A DNA stretch of 32,000 nt from Propionibacterium ruminifibrarum (lineage in GTDB: Bacteria; Actinomycetota; Actinomycetes; Propionibacteriales; Propionibacteriaceae), in NCBI RefSeq assembly GCF_900289195.1, contig NZ_OMOH01000004.1, forward strand, positions 120,001 through 152,000, in the 5' to 3' direction. Positions within the stretch are counted from its first letter, which is position 1. Every line of letters starts with the position of its first letter. The notes under the pieces were generated by a model, which was not told where the DNA came from, made no database searches, and saw only the letters and a list, made by a program, of their open reading frames with translations. This document shows positions 1 through 11,505 of this stretch, in pieces. The position numbers and the translations under genes are program-made.

Positions 1-2
1 AC

Positions 3-596
3 TACTGGAACCACAACACCGCGTACCACCGGTGGATCCTGCGCACCGTCGAACGGCAGGGGCACCGCGACGTCCTCGACGTCGGCTGCGGCGAGGGGCT
101 GCTGCTGCAGCGGCTGGCGCCCCTGGTGTCGACCGTCACCGGTGTTGAACCGGATGCGGAGGCCCTAGAGAGGGCCCGGGTACGCCTCGCCGGGCTGCCC
201 ACCGCGCGCCTCGTCCCGGACCGGTTCGAGCAGGCCGCTCTGGACGAGGCGGGCTACGACCTCATCACCTTCGTCGCGAGCCTGCACCACATGGAGCCCC
301 GGCGGGCGCTGAGCCGTGCGGCGCGGCTGCTCAGGCCCGGCGGTGACCTGCTGGTGGTCGGCCTGGCGGCGAATCGCAGCCCGGTGGACTGGGCGTTCAG
401 TGCCCTGACACTGCCGGCCGCCAGGATCGGCTCACTGGCGCATCACGAGACCCGCGACATCGGCGTGCCGGTCGCCGAACCCCCGGAGGACCTGCGCGAG
501 ATCCGCCGGACGGCCGGGGAACTCCTGCCCGGCGCGCGGATCAGGCGGGGCCTGTACTACCGCTACCTACTGCGCTGGACGAGACCCGCCGACTGA
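3..596 (+). CDS. Class I SAM-dependent methyltransferase (5' end outside window)
   Basis: Frame 3 is open from the window edge and reads ...YHRWILRTVERQGHRDVLDVGCGEGLLLQRLAP..., which contains SAM-binding motif I (VLDVGCGxG). It continues ...LLRPGGDLLVVG... The ORF track lists this gene only from an internal Met at 126. The stop is at 594-596. Confidence 0.8.
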   Translation, partial: YWNHNTAYHRWILRTVERQGHRDVLDVGCGEGLLLQRLAPLVSTVTGVEPDAEALERARVRLAGLPTARLVPDRFEQAALDEAGYDLITFVASLHHMEPRRALSRAARLLRPGGDLLVVGLAANRSPVDWAFSALTLPAARIGSLAHHETRDIGVPVAEPPEDLREIRRTAGELLPGARIRRGLYYRYLLRWTRPAD

Positions 597-623
597 ACCC
601 GGAACACCCGGGCCTCGCCCTCG

Positions 624-1247
624 CTACTCCTGCAGGTGCGCGAACCCGACCGCACGGTCGCCGGTGGGCAGCAGATCCTGGTTCGCGGTCAGCGTCATGA
701 CCGCCTCCGTCGGCAGCTGCTCGGGACGCCCCGGCACCGCGTCGAGCACCCAGCCGTCGTCGGAGGCCACCGTGAGATCGCGCGGAGCCACGTCGATGAC
801 GTAGGTGTAGGTGTCCTGGCAGACCTGCACCGTGATCTCGTCGCCCTCGTCGAGGTCGAGGAGGCCGGCGAACGGTTGGCCGTAGCCGACGCGGTAGCCG
901 GCCACGGCGAAGTTGCCGACCTGTCCGGGTTCGGCGCTCGTGGGGTACCAGCCGACCCCGCCGCGCAGCGAGACACCGCCGGTGCCCTTGCGAATGGGGG
1001 CCTCGACGTCCAGCGCCGGGATGGACAGCGAGCCGATGACCTCGCCGTCGGCGGCCGCGTCGAACTCCTGCCCGGTGCAGCCGGCGCGGTAGGTAGCCAG
1101 CGCGTCCGCCTGGTGCGAGGAGGCCCAGGCCGTGGAGCCCCAGCCGACCCAGGCGATGCATGCGGCACCGGCCACGACGGCCAGCACGAGGACGCCGACG
1201 ACCACGCCGAACAGCCGTGACCGTCTCCCCTGCGCGTGCCCGACCAT
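624..1247 (-). CDS. Membrane-anchored class E sortase-like protein with substituted catalytic His and Cys (probable pseudo-enzyme)
   Basis: The sortase fold signature is clear: N-terminal TM helix LFGVVVGVLVLAVVAGAACIAWVGW, then SLSIPALDVEAPI, PGQVGNFAVAGYR, LDEGDEI and VMTLTAN...DRAVGFAHL. The start is taken at the internal Met (MVGHAQGRR, ATG at 1247) just before the TM helix. The ORF stays open up to 1370. Confidence 0.75.
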   Translation of the reverse strand: MVGHAQGRRSRLFGVVVGVLVLAVVAGAACIAWVGWGSTAWASSHQADALATYRAGCTGQEFDAAADGEVIGSLSIPALDVEAPIRKGTGGVSLRGGVGWYPTSAEPGQVGNFAVAGYRVGYGQPFAGLLDLDEGDEITVQVCQDTYTYVIDVAPRDLTVASDDGWVLDAVPGRPEQLPTEAVMTLTANQDLLPTGDRAVGFAHLQE

Positions 1248-1430
1248 GGCCCCCAGCTTATGGCCCGCCCTCTGCCGGGTGCGGACCGAACCAGACGCAA
1301 GGCCAGGGCGCAGGTCACGCCCCGCCTCGGACGATGGCGGGACGAGCACGGCAGCCGTGCGGGGCTGCACGGCATGACCGCCGCATCGTGGCCGCTCGCC
1401 TGCGGCTGCCGGCCGATGGGCACCCGGCCG

Positions 1431-3059
1431 TCATTTCTGAAGTTTGCCCTCGCAGACAAGGTCCTCGCCGGGCAGTTCGCCACGCAGCAGGTAGGTGTCC
1501 ACCGTGTCGTTGACGCAGTCGCCCAGCCGCTGGTAGGCGCCGTGCCCGTTGCCCGTCACGGTCACCAGACGGCCGTATTTGAGCTGGGAGACCAGGGCCT
1601 GGGCCCACTCGTACGGGGTTGCGGGGTCGCCGGTGACGCCGAGGACGAGGATCGGCGCGGCCCCGGTCGACGTGAGTTCGGCGGGCTCGTGCCCGCTGTG
1701 GTGGCCCCACCCCTGGCAGAAGGCGTCCTGGTAGGCGAGGCCCTCGCCCATGATCGGTGCGACCTCCTTGATCCTGGCAGCCTCGGCCTCCCAGGCGGCA
1801 TGGTCGCCCTTGACCGGGTAGTCCTGGCAGTCGACCGCCCGGTCGGCGGCCTGGTTGGCCAGCTTCCTGGCGGCCGCCTCCGGGGTCTCGTCGGGATCCT
1901 GCGGGTCGATCAGGTCGTTGAGGGCCGTGGCGTCGTTGTCGGTCATCGCCTTGCTCAGCGCCTCGTTCAGTTCCGGCCAGAGCCGGTCGTCGTAGAGCAG
2001 GTTCCCGATGCCGGTGACCATGTCCCGCCCGTTGAGGGCCTCCCCGGACTCGCCCACGGGGATCGGTTCGGCGTCGGCACGGTCGATCAGATCCTTGAGT
2101 TTGGCCTTGCCTTCCTCGAAGTCCCCGGTCAGCGGGCAGCCGAAGCCGGCCTGGCAGGACTCGATGTAGGTGTCGAGGGCCCGTTCCAGCGCGGCCGCCT
2201 GGTCGATGCGCAACTGGGCCTGCTGCAGTGAGGGGTCCTGGGCGCTGTCGAGTACCATGCGTCCGACGTTGTCGGGGAAGATCTCCGCGTACCTGGCCCC
2301 GAGGTAGGTTCCGTACGAGGCGCCCAAGTAGTGCAGCTTCGAGTCCCCGGCGAGGGCGCGCAGCATGTCCATGTCCCTGGCCACCGACGCGGTGTCCATG
2401 TGGTCGAGCAGGCCCTGCGCGGAGTTCTGCTCGCACGCCGCGGCCAGCTCGACGGCCGACTTGGTGGAGCCCTGGGCCGAGTCCTCCCCCGAACCCGCCG
2501 ATTCCTCCGCGCCCAGGGGGTCCTCCCCCTTCTTCACGGCTTCGGTCGCCTCGGTGATCTCCTCAGGGCTCAGGCAGGTCAGCGGGGTTGACTCGCCGAC
2601 GCCGCGGGGGTCGAAACCGATGATGTCGTACGACCTTCGCAGGTTCTTGGTGAAGGCCTCCTTCTCGCTGACGTATTCCAGGCCGCTACCGCCGGGGCCG
2701 CCGGGGTTGACGAGCAGGGAGCCGATGGGCTTGCCGGAGCTCGCGGGGAGCTTCTTGAGCGCCAAGTCGATGCGTTTACCCGCGGGATCGTCGTAGTCGA
2801 GGGGCGCCTGGACGGTCGCGCACTGGTAGTCCCTGTCGTCCTCGCAGGTCTGCCAGGACACCTTCTGCAGGTAGAAGTCCTCGAGCCCCTTGGGTACGGG
2901 GGCTGCGGAGGGGGATATGGCGACGGGCTCGATGGAGCCCTGGGCGCAGCCGGAGATCATGATGCCGGCCACTATGGCGGACGTCAGGGGCAGTAGCCAC
3001 GCCCTGCCGTTCTGGAAAGCGATTCGCATGAAGGGAAGCGTAGGGTCACTACTGCTCAT
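1431..3059 (-). CDS. Secreted lipoprotein alpha/beta-hydrolase, Tap-type tripeptidyl aminopeptidase (S33-like)
   Basis: The signal peptide has a lipobox (AIVAGIMISGC). LLVNPGGPGGSG and GASYGTYLG (GxSxG nucleophile elbow) are typical of the actinobacterial Tap/SlpD family. A strong SD (gaggggga) lies 5-6 nt upstream of the ATG at 3059. Confidence 0.85.
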   Translation of the reverse strand: MSSSDPTLPFMRIAFQNGRAWLLPLTSAIVAGIMISGCAQGSIEPVAISPSAAPVPKGLEDFYLQKVSWQTCEDDRDYQCATVQAPLDYDDPAGKRIDLALKKLPASSGKPIGSLLVNPGGPGGSGLEYVSEKEAFTKNLRRSYDIIGFDPRGVGESTPLTCLSPEEITEATEAVKKGEDPLGAEESAGSGEDSAQGSTKSAVELAAACEQNSAQGLLDHMDTASVARDMDMLRALAGDSKLHYLGASYGTYLGARYAEIFPDNVGRMVLDSAQDPSLQQAQLRIDQAAALERALDTYIESCQAGFGCPLTGDFEEGKAKLKDLIDRADAEPIPVGESGEALNGRDMVTGIGNLLYDDRLWPELNEALSKAMTDNDATALNDLIDPQDPDETPEAAARKLANQAADRAVDCQDYPVKGDHAAWEAEAARIKEVAPIMGEGLAYQDAFCQGWGHHSGHEPAELTSTGAAPILVLGVTGDPATPYEWAQALVSQLKYGRLVTVTGNGHGAYQRLGDCVNDTVDTYLLRGELPGEDLVCEGKLQK

Positions 3060-3267
3060 AGCAGTTCCCCCTCGTGGACGAATTGTGTCCGCCGCATGCC
3101 TCCACCGCCGGGAGGGGCGCGTCAGCCCGCGGGTGGAGCATCATGGCCCGACGTCATCGGCCGAACCTCGATCTCTCCGGCCGGGCTGACCGGCGCCGAC
3201 CCGTCCGCCGCGTACCCCATCGCACGCCGCTGCGCACGCGATGACGGCTCCGGGGTACGACCGGCCG

Positions 3268-4098
3268 TCACGAGAAGCGCGTCCGGGTGTCTCCCGATAT
3301 CGGGCTGGGTACGGGCGCCGTGTCGTCGAAGGGCTCGACCCGCCCGCGCCAGCGGGTCATCTCGTCGGGCTGGATCCAGCGGTAGGGGAAGACCGCCGAG
3401 GCGCCCCTGCGCAGCAGGTCCTCCATGGGGAGCCGCCGGTTCGAGGCGAACATGACGAGGTTCCCCATGCGGCGGCCCTTGAGGATCGCCGGTTCGGAGC
3501 TGACCGCCTGTTCGCTGAAGCGGGTGGCGGCCCCGGCCAGGACGCCGCGGGCCCAGCCGAACGGCCTGGTGTCGGTGACGTTGAGCACCACGACGCCGCG
3601 CGGGGTGAGCACCCTGGCGTACTCGGCGAAGGCCTGCCGGGTGACGAGTTCGCCGGGCACGGACAGGTCGGTGAAGGCGTCGACGATGACCATCTCGGCG
3701 TAGTCCGCGGGCATGGCGGCCAGGCCGGTGCGGCCGTCCTGGGCACGCACCTTGATGCCGGAGCGCGGCGGCAGCGGCAGCTTCTCGCGCACCTCCGCGG
3801 TCAGCCCGGCGTCCGGTTCGAGGACGATCTGCGGCGAGGTCGGGCGGGTGTGCGCGACGTAGCGGGCCAGCGTCATGCCCGCGCCCCCGACGTGGACGAC
3901 GCGGAAGCGCTCACCGGCCGGCGCCCACAGGTCGATCAGTTCGCAGATGCGTTCCATGTAGGGGAACTCGACGTGCGTGGGATCGGCCGGGTCGACGAAC
4001 GAGTGCTCCACCCCGCCGCCAGCGACGACGAAGGCACCCGGCACGTAGCGGTCGGGGACGACACGCAGGACGGAATCGCCGTGCGGCTGCTCGCCCAT
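3268..4098 (-). CDS. Spermidine-synthase-like SAM-dependent transferase
   Basis: VVHVGGAGMTLARY is a glycine-rich SAM loop, and MVIVDAFTDLSVPGELVTRQAFAEYARVLTPRGVVVLN matches the spermidine-synthase-like family pattern. The start is chosen at MGEQPHG (ATG at 4098), preceded by gggggagggg. The ORF is open to 4185. Confidence 0.75.
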   Translation of the reverse strand: MGEQPHGDSVLRVVPDRYVPGAFVVAGGGVEHSFVDPADPTHVEFPYMERICELIDLWAPAGERFRVVHVGGAGMTLARYVAHTRPTSPQIVLEPDAGLTAEVREKLPLPPRSGIKVRAQDGRTGLAAMPADYAEMVIVDAFTDLSVPGELVTRQAFAEYARVLTPRGVVVLNVTDTRPFGWARGVLAGAATRFSEQAVSSEPAILKGRRMGNLVMFASNRRLPMEDLLRRGASAVFPYRWIQPDEMTRWRGRVEPFDDTAPVPSPISGDTRTRFS

Positions 4099-4241
4099 CG
4101 CGCCCCTCCCCCACTCGACGGCCCCGGCCCGGCGGGACGTGGCCAGGCTAGCGCCGCGCTGGCGGCCGGGACGACCGGCTGGCACGATGGGGTGCGGCGG
4201 GTGCCGCCCGGCGCCCGTCTGGCCGACGAAAGGAGAACTGC

Positions 4242-4424
4242 ATGGGTCTGGATGATCTCGCGAAGAAGGCCGGGGACGCGCTCCACAGCGATCAGGTCGA
4301 GAAGGCCAGCGACCAGCTCCTCGGCAAGGCGAAGGACACGGCGAAGAAGGTCACTGGCGGCAAGTTCGACGAACAGATCGACAAGGCCGCCGAGAAGGCC
4401 GACAAGGCCATCGGCACCGAGTGA
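4242..4424 (+). CDS. Small Rv0909-family protein (family is annotated as putative antitoxin)
   Basis: The 60-aa protein MGLDDLAKKAGDAL...KVTGGKFDEQIDKAAEKADKAIG has the characteristic MG(L/F)xD..K and TGGK(F/Y)..QIDK pattern. A good SD (aaaggagaa) precedes the ATG. Confidence 0.7.
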   Translation: MGLDDLAKKAGDALHSDQVEKASDQLLGKAKDTAKKVTGGKFDEQIDKAAEKADKAIGTE

Positions 4425-4436
4425 CCTGCACATGAC

Positions 4437-4467
4437 GAGGTGCCGCACCCCTGGGGTGCGGCACCTC
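4437..4467. terminator. Bidirectional hairpin between the convergent small gene and clpB
   Basis: GAGGTGCCGCACCC-ctg-GGGTGCGGCACCTC forms a 14-bp perfect stem. It lies 13 nt after the + gene stop and 60 nt after the clpB stop. There is no U-tract, which is common in high-GC actinobacteria. Confidence 0.6.
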
Positions 4468-4526
4468 CGCCGTGTCAGTGGGAGCCGAGACGGTTCCCGT
4501 CGCCGGGGCCCACCGGCCCGGCCCGC

Positions 4527-7130
<2,604 letters not shown>

Positions 7131-7158
7131 GGGTCCTTCTTGCTCGAACGAAGACTAA

Positions 7159-7179
7159 GTTGAGTCTACCTCACTCAAC
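7159..7179. promoter_or_regulatory. HAIR (HspR-associated inverted repeat) operator upstream of clpB
   Basis: GTTGAGT-ctacctc-ACTCAAC matches the HAIR consensus CTTGAGT-N7-ACTCAAG. It lies 29-49 nt upstream of the clpB ATG. Confidence 0.8.
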
Positions 7180-7356
7180 TCTTGGGGAGGGGTATCTATT
7201 CCATCTGGGGCCACGCGGACGAGGTACGCCCTCGTGAAGGGCAGCTCCACAGGGCATGGACCGGCCCAGCCCCACGCGGCGAATTGCTCGATGACGACTC
7301 AGCTCCCAGTACGCTGAAGTCAGCCGGAACAGCGTCGCCCCGCGAGAGGAGCACCG

Positions 7357-8256
7357 ATGAGCGATACGACACCGGACAGCACCCGGACGCCAGGTCCCGC
7401 CGCCGGAACCGGGGCGGGAGCACCCGCGCTGGTGGACGTGTCCTGGCTCGCCGAGCACCTGGGCGAGCCGGGCCTGGTGGTGCTCGACGCCACGATGGGC
7501 CCGTCACCGTCCTCGCCGCGCATCCCGGGCGCCCGGTGGTTCGACCACGACGAGGCCATGGCCGCGCCCGGCTCGGACCTTCCCCACACACTGCCCGGCA
7601 TCGAGCACTTCCAGGAGCAGGTGCGCCGGCTGGGCGTCGACGATGCCGGTCACGTCGTCGTCTACGACGGCACGGGGATCTTCTCCTCGCCGCGGGCCCG
7701 GTGGATGTTGCGGCAGGCCGGGCACGGCCGGGTCAGCGTCCTCGACGGGGGCCTGCCCGCCTGGCTGGACGCCGGCCTGCCCACCGAGCCCTGGCCCGAG
7801 GAGGCCGACCCGCGCCAGGGCCCCGAACCAGGCGACTTCACGGCGACCGGGAGCTTCGAGCCGGCCGTCGTGCCCTTGGCGGGGCTGGAAGCGCTGCTGA
7901 CCGATCCGGGGTTCACCGTCGTCGACGCCCGCGCCCACGAGCGTTTCACCGGGCAGGTGCCCGAGCCGCGCCCGGGGCTGCGCTCCGGCCACATGCCCGG
8001 CGCGGTCAACCTGCCCTTCACCGAACTGCTCGTGGACGGACGCCTCATGCGTTCACCCGACGAGCTGCGCCGGATCCTCGACGCCGCGATCCCACCGGGC
8101 ACCCGGCCCGTCGCGTCCTGCGGCTCGGGGGTCACGGCGACCGTCATCCTGTTCGCCCTGGAACTGGTCGGGCGCGGTGACGGGCTGCTCTACGACGGCT
8201 CCTGGTCTCAGTGGGGGCGCCCCGACGGCGGGGCGGTCGTGACCGGCGAGGCCTGA
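7357..8256 (+). CDS. sseA: Tandem-rhodanese sulfurtransferase (3-mercaptopyruvate/thiosulfate sulfurtransferase type)
   Basis: There are two rhodanese domains. The active-site loop ASCGSGVTA (CG[ST]GVT) is typical of SseA/MST enzymes. RxGHMPGAVNLPF and DGSWSQWG are also present. The SD gagaggag precedes the ATG. Confidence 0.88.
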   Translation: MSDTTPDSTRTPGPAAGTGAGAPALVDVSWLAEHLGEPGLVVLDATMGPSPSSPRIPGARWFDHDEAMAAPGSDLPHTLPGIEHFQEQVRRLGVDDAGHVVVYDGTGIFSSPRARWMLRQAGHGRVSVLDGGLPAWLDAGLPTEPWPEEADPRQGPEPGDFTATGSFEPAVVPLAGLEALLTDPGFTVVDARAHERFTGQVPEPRPGLRSGHMPGAVNLPFTELLVDGRLMRSPDELRRILDAAIPPGTRPVASCGSGVTATVILFALELVGRGDGLLYDGSWSQWGRPDGGAVVTGEA

Positions 8257-8272
8257 GCCGGCACAGCGCAGG

Positions 8273-8313
8273 CACCCCGGCCCCTCCCCTCTGAACGCCG
8301 TGGGGCCGGGGTG
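8273..8313 (+). terminator. Candidate hairpin terminator after the sulfurtransferase gene
   Basis: CACCCCGGCCCC-N17-GGGGCCGGGGTG forms a 12-bp stem. It starts 17 nt after the stop. The loop is large and there is no T-tract. Confidence 0.4.
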
Positions 8314-8331
8314 ATGGCCCGGCCGGGAATG

Positions 8332-8367
8332 CCAGTGGCGCCCGGGCCGGAGCCCGGGCGCCACTGG
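8332..8367 (-). terminator. Hairpin terminator of the fruR-fruK-fruA operon
   Basis: CCAGTGGCGCCCGGGC-cgga-GCCCGGGCGCCACTGG forms a 16-bp perfect stem with a 4-nt loop. It lies 35 nt downstream of the fruA stop. Confidence 0.65.
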
Positions 8368-8401
8368 GTGTGCGAAGCGGAGAAGTGGTCCTTGTCGGCC
8401 G

Positions 8402-10468
8402 TCAGGCGGCTACGGCCTCTGCCTCAGGGGCCGCCTCCTGCTGGGACTCGGCGTTCTTCTTGCGCCAGGCCGCGCCCTTGAGCACGGTGACGAGCAGGCC
8501 CGCGACGATCGCGCCGACAACGATCGACAGCACGAAGGCCCAGAACCTCTCGATGGCGAAGAAGACGAAGATGCCGCCGTGCGGGGCCATGGACGCGGCG
8601 CCGAGCGCCATGGACAGGGCACCGGTGACGGCGCCGCCAGCCATCATCGAGGGGATGACGCGCAGCGGGTCGGCCGCGGCGAACGGGATGGCGCCCTCGG
8701 AGATGAACGAGGCGCCGAGCAGCCAGGCCGCCGTGCCGTTCTCGCGTTCGGCGGGCGTGTAGTACTTCGGGCGCAGGGCCGTCGACAGGGCCAGGGCCAG
8801 CGGGGGCACCATGCCGGCCGCCATCGTCGCGGCCATGACGCGCATCGAGCCGACGTTGTTGATGTCCAGGTTCGTCGTGGCGAACAGGTAGGCGGCCTTG
8901 TTGATCGGGCCACCCAGGTCGAAGCACATCATGAGGCCGAGGATGATGCCCAGGATGATCGCCGAGGTGCCGCTCATGCCCGACAGAGCGTTGTTCATCG
9001 TCGTGGTGAGCCAGGCCAGCGGCCGGCCGAGGACGACGTACATGAGGCCGCCGGAGATCAGCGAGCCGACGAGCGGGATGACGGCGACCGGCATGAGGCC
9101 GCGCAGCCAGCGCGGCGCGTTGAGCGTGGTGAACCAGTAGGCGACGAAGCCGCCGACCAGGCCGCCGACGATGGCGCCGATGAAGCCGGCGCCGGTCAGG
9201 GACGCGATCGCGCCGGCGACGAAGCCGGGCACGATGCCGGGACGCTCGGCCAGGCCGAAGCCGATGTAGCCGGCCAGTGCCGGCAGCAGGAAGCCGAAGG
9301 CTGCCTGCCCGACCGCGAAGAGCACGGCGCCGATGTAGGTCATGAGGGCCGAGCCGGCCAGGGCGTGGCCGGTGGCCTCGGGCAGGTTCGCGAGGCTGTT
9401 CTCCAGGGCGATGTCCAGGCCGTTGTCGGCGATCTCGTAGCCGCCGAACAGGAAGCCGAGGGCGATGAGCAGACCGCCGGCGGCGACGAAGGGGATCATG
9501 TACGAGACGCCGGTCATGAGGGACTGCTGGATGCGCTTGCCCCAGCCGAGCTGGGAGGCCTCCTCCTCGGCGTCGGCGCTCGCCCCCTCGGCGACGGCGT
9601 GCACCTTGTGGGCGTTGGGGTCGCCGATGGCGGCGATGGCCTCGGCGACCATGACGTCGGGCTCGTTGACGGCGCGTTTGACGCCGGACTCGATGACGGG
9701 CAGGCCGGCGAAGCGGTTGCGGCCCTTGACGCCCACGTCGGTGGCGAAGATGACGGCGTCGGCGGACTTGATGACCTCGGGCGGCAGGGGCTCGTAGCCG
9801 GAGGAGCCCTGGGGCTCGGCCTGCAACTCGACGCCGGCCTTCTTCGCCGACTCGGTGAGGTAATCGGCGGCCATGTAGGTGTGGGCGATGCCGGTGGGGC
9901 AGGCGGTGACGGCGACGATGCGGGCCTTGGGGGCCTCGCCGGACGCGGCCGGGGCCTCATCGGCCGCCTCGGTAGCGGCCGCTGCGGCCTGGGGGGCCGG
10001 CTCGGCCGCGGCGGGCTGCGGTTCGACGATGCCGCGCACCAGGGTGACGATCGCGTCGGCGTCGGGGGCCTCGCGCAGTGACTGCACGAAGTCCTTCTTG
10101 ACCATGGCGCGGGCCAGTTTGGTGAGCAGCTTCATGTGCTCCTCGCCGCCGTCGGCGCCGGCCGCGATGAGGAAGACGATGTCGGCCGGGCCGTCCTTGC
10201 CGCCGAAGTCGACGGGATTGGCGAGCCTGGCGAAACCGAGCGAGGACCTGCTCACGGCCTCGGAGCGGCAGTGCGGGATGGCGAAGCGGCCGGGCATGCC
10301 GGTGGGGAACTTCTCCTCACGGGCCAGCGCATCGCGTGTCAGACCCTCGGCCTCGGCACGCCCCGCCGCGGCGATGATGCCGGCCAAGGCGGTGATGACC
10401 TCGGTCTTGGTCGAGCCGAGATCGACGTCGAGAGCGACGATCTCCGGCTCGATGATGGACTCGGACAT
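8402..10468 (-). CDS. fruA: PTS fructose transporter, fused EIIA-EIIB-EIIC
   Basis: The N-terminal EIIA(Fru/Mtl type) has FAIPHCRS. After an Ala/Pro linker comes EIIB with VAVTACPTGIAHTYMAA, followed by a polytopic EIIC. The start is placed at the second ATG (MSESII), 7 nt after AGGAGA. The ORF track begins 6 nt earlier, at 10474. Confidence 0.95.
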   Translation of the reverse strand: MSESIIEPEIVALDVDLGSTKTEVITALAGIIAAAGRAEAEGLTRDALAREEKFPTGMPGRFAIPHCRSEAVSRSSLGFARLANPVDFGGKDGPADIVFLIAAGADGGEEHMKLLTKLARAMVKKDFVQSLREAPDADAIVTLVRGIVEPQPAAAEPAPQAAAAATEAADEAPAASGEAPKARIVAVTACPTGIAHTYMAADYLTESAKKAGVELQAEPQGSSGYEPLPPEVIKSADAVIFATDVGVKGRNRFAGLPVIESGVKRAVNEPDVMVAEAIAAIGDPNAHKVHAVAEGASADAEEEASQLGWGKRIQQSLMTGVSYMIPFVAAGGLLIALGFLFGGYEIADNGLDIALENSLANLPEATGHALAGSALMTYIGAVLFAVGQAAFGFLLPALAGYIGFGLAERPGIVPGFVAGAIASLTGAGFIGAIVGGLVGGFVAYWFTTLNAPRWLRGLMPVAVIPLVGSLISGGLMYVVLGRPLAWLTTTMNNALSGMSGTSAIILGIILGLMMCFDLGGPINKAAYLFATTNLDINNVGSMRVMAATMAAGMVPPLALALSTALRPKYYTPAERENGTAAWLLGASFISEGAIPFAAADPLRVIPSMMAGGAVTGALSMALGAASMAPHGGIFVFFAIERFWAFVLSIVVGAIVAGLLVTVLKGAAWRKKNAESQQEAAPEAEAVAA

Positions 10469-10494
10469 GAACATTTCTCCTAACCAGGATGTTC

Positions 10495-11505
10495 TCAGGA
10501 TGGGATGTGTTCGGCGCGCTGCTGGGGCCGGGCGCCTTCGGTGGGTGTCTGGACGGCCGTGACGCTGGTCTGCACCTGCGCCGCGAGGTCGGGGTCGGGA
10601 ATGGTGGATCCGGGCAGGCCGGCTGCGGCCGTGCCCCAGGCGACGGCCCCTGCCAGGGCCGCGTCTTCATCGGCGTCGCCGGTGAGCCCGATGAGCAGGC
10701 CCGCCAGGGAGGAGTCCCCCGCTCCGACGGTCGAGCGCACCTCGATGGGCGCGGAAACGGCGTGCCAGGCGCCGCTCGCGGTGACGAGCAGGGCGCCCGC
10801 GCCGCCGAGGGTCACCATGACGCGTTCGATGCCCCGGGCGACCAGGCCGCGGGCCCCGTCGAGGACGGCGTCGAAGTCGCCGCGCGCGGCGGCCTCCTCC
10901 ATGGCCTCGCCGTCGCCGCCGCAGATCTGGGCGAGTTCGGTGGAGTTGGGCTTGATCAGGTCGGGGGCGGCCTGCGGCAGCGCCTCGGCCAGTGCCAGGA
11001 GCGGGGCGTCCGAGGTGTCGACGCAGACCCGGGCGCCGCGGGCGCGGATCCTGGGCACCATCTGGGCGTACCAGTCGGCGGGGAGGCCGGGCGGCAGGGA
11101 GCCGGTCATGACGACCCAGTCGGCCCCGTCGGCCGCCGCGAGCACGGCGTCCTCGAGCCGGGCGCGTTCCGCCTCACTCAGCTCGGCCCCGGGCTCGTTG
11201 AACTTGGTGGTGGTGCCGTCGGGCTCGGTGACCGTCAGGTTCGTCCGCACCGCGTGGGTGACGGGCACCCCGCGATGGTCGATGCCGGCCGCGACCATGC
11301 CCTCGAGCAGCGGGTCGTGCTCGGGGGCCGGGACGACGGCCAGCGTCGGGACGGCCGCATTGTGCAGGGCGCGCGAGATGTTGACCCCCTTGCCGGCTGC
11401 GACGGTGGTGATGTCGGTCAGGCGGTGCACCTGGCCGCGGACGATGGGCGCGGACAGGGCCGCGGAACGGTCGAGGCTCGGGTTGGGAGTGACTGTGACG
11501 ATCAT
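10495..11505 (-). CDS. fruK: 1-phosphofructokinase (PfkB family)
   Basis: MIVTVTPNPSLD..., GKGVNISR, and the C-terminal STVGAGDSSLAG anion-hole/ATP motif are present. The start overlaps the stop of the upstream DeoR gene by 4 nt (ATGA). Confidence 0.93.
   Translation of the reverse strand: MIVTVTPNPSLDRSAALSAPIVRGQVHRLTDITTVAAGKGVNISRALHNAAVPTLAVVPAPEHDPLLEGMVAAGIDHRGVPVTHAVRTNLTVTEPDGTTTKFNEPGAELSEAERARLEDAVLAAADGADWVVMTGSLPPGLPADWYAQMVPRIRARGARVCVDTSDAPLLALAEALPQAAPDLIKPNSTELAQICGGDGEAMEEAAARGDFDAVLDGARGLVARGIERVMVTLGGAGALLVTASGAWHAVSAPIEVRSTVGAGDSSLAGLLIGLTGDADEDAALAGAVAWGTAAAGLPGSTIPDPDLAAQVQTSVTAVQTPTEGARPQQRAEHIPS

Noticed and set aside
1236-2436. ORFs 1236-2231 (+) and 1315-2436 (-) overlapping the peptidase gene
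   Set aside because: They are frame-shifted or antisense shadows of the Tap-type peptidase gene and have Arg/Gly/Pro-rich composition.
8370-10081. + strand ORFs (8370-8762, 8579-10081 and others) opposite fruA
   Set aside because: They are antisense shadows of the PTS EIIABC gene.
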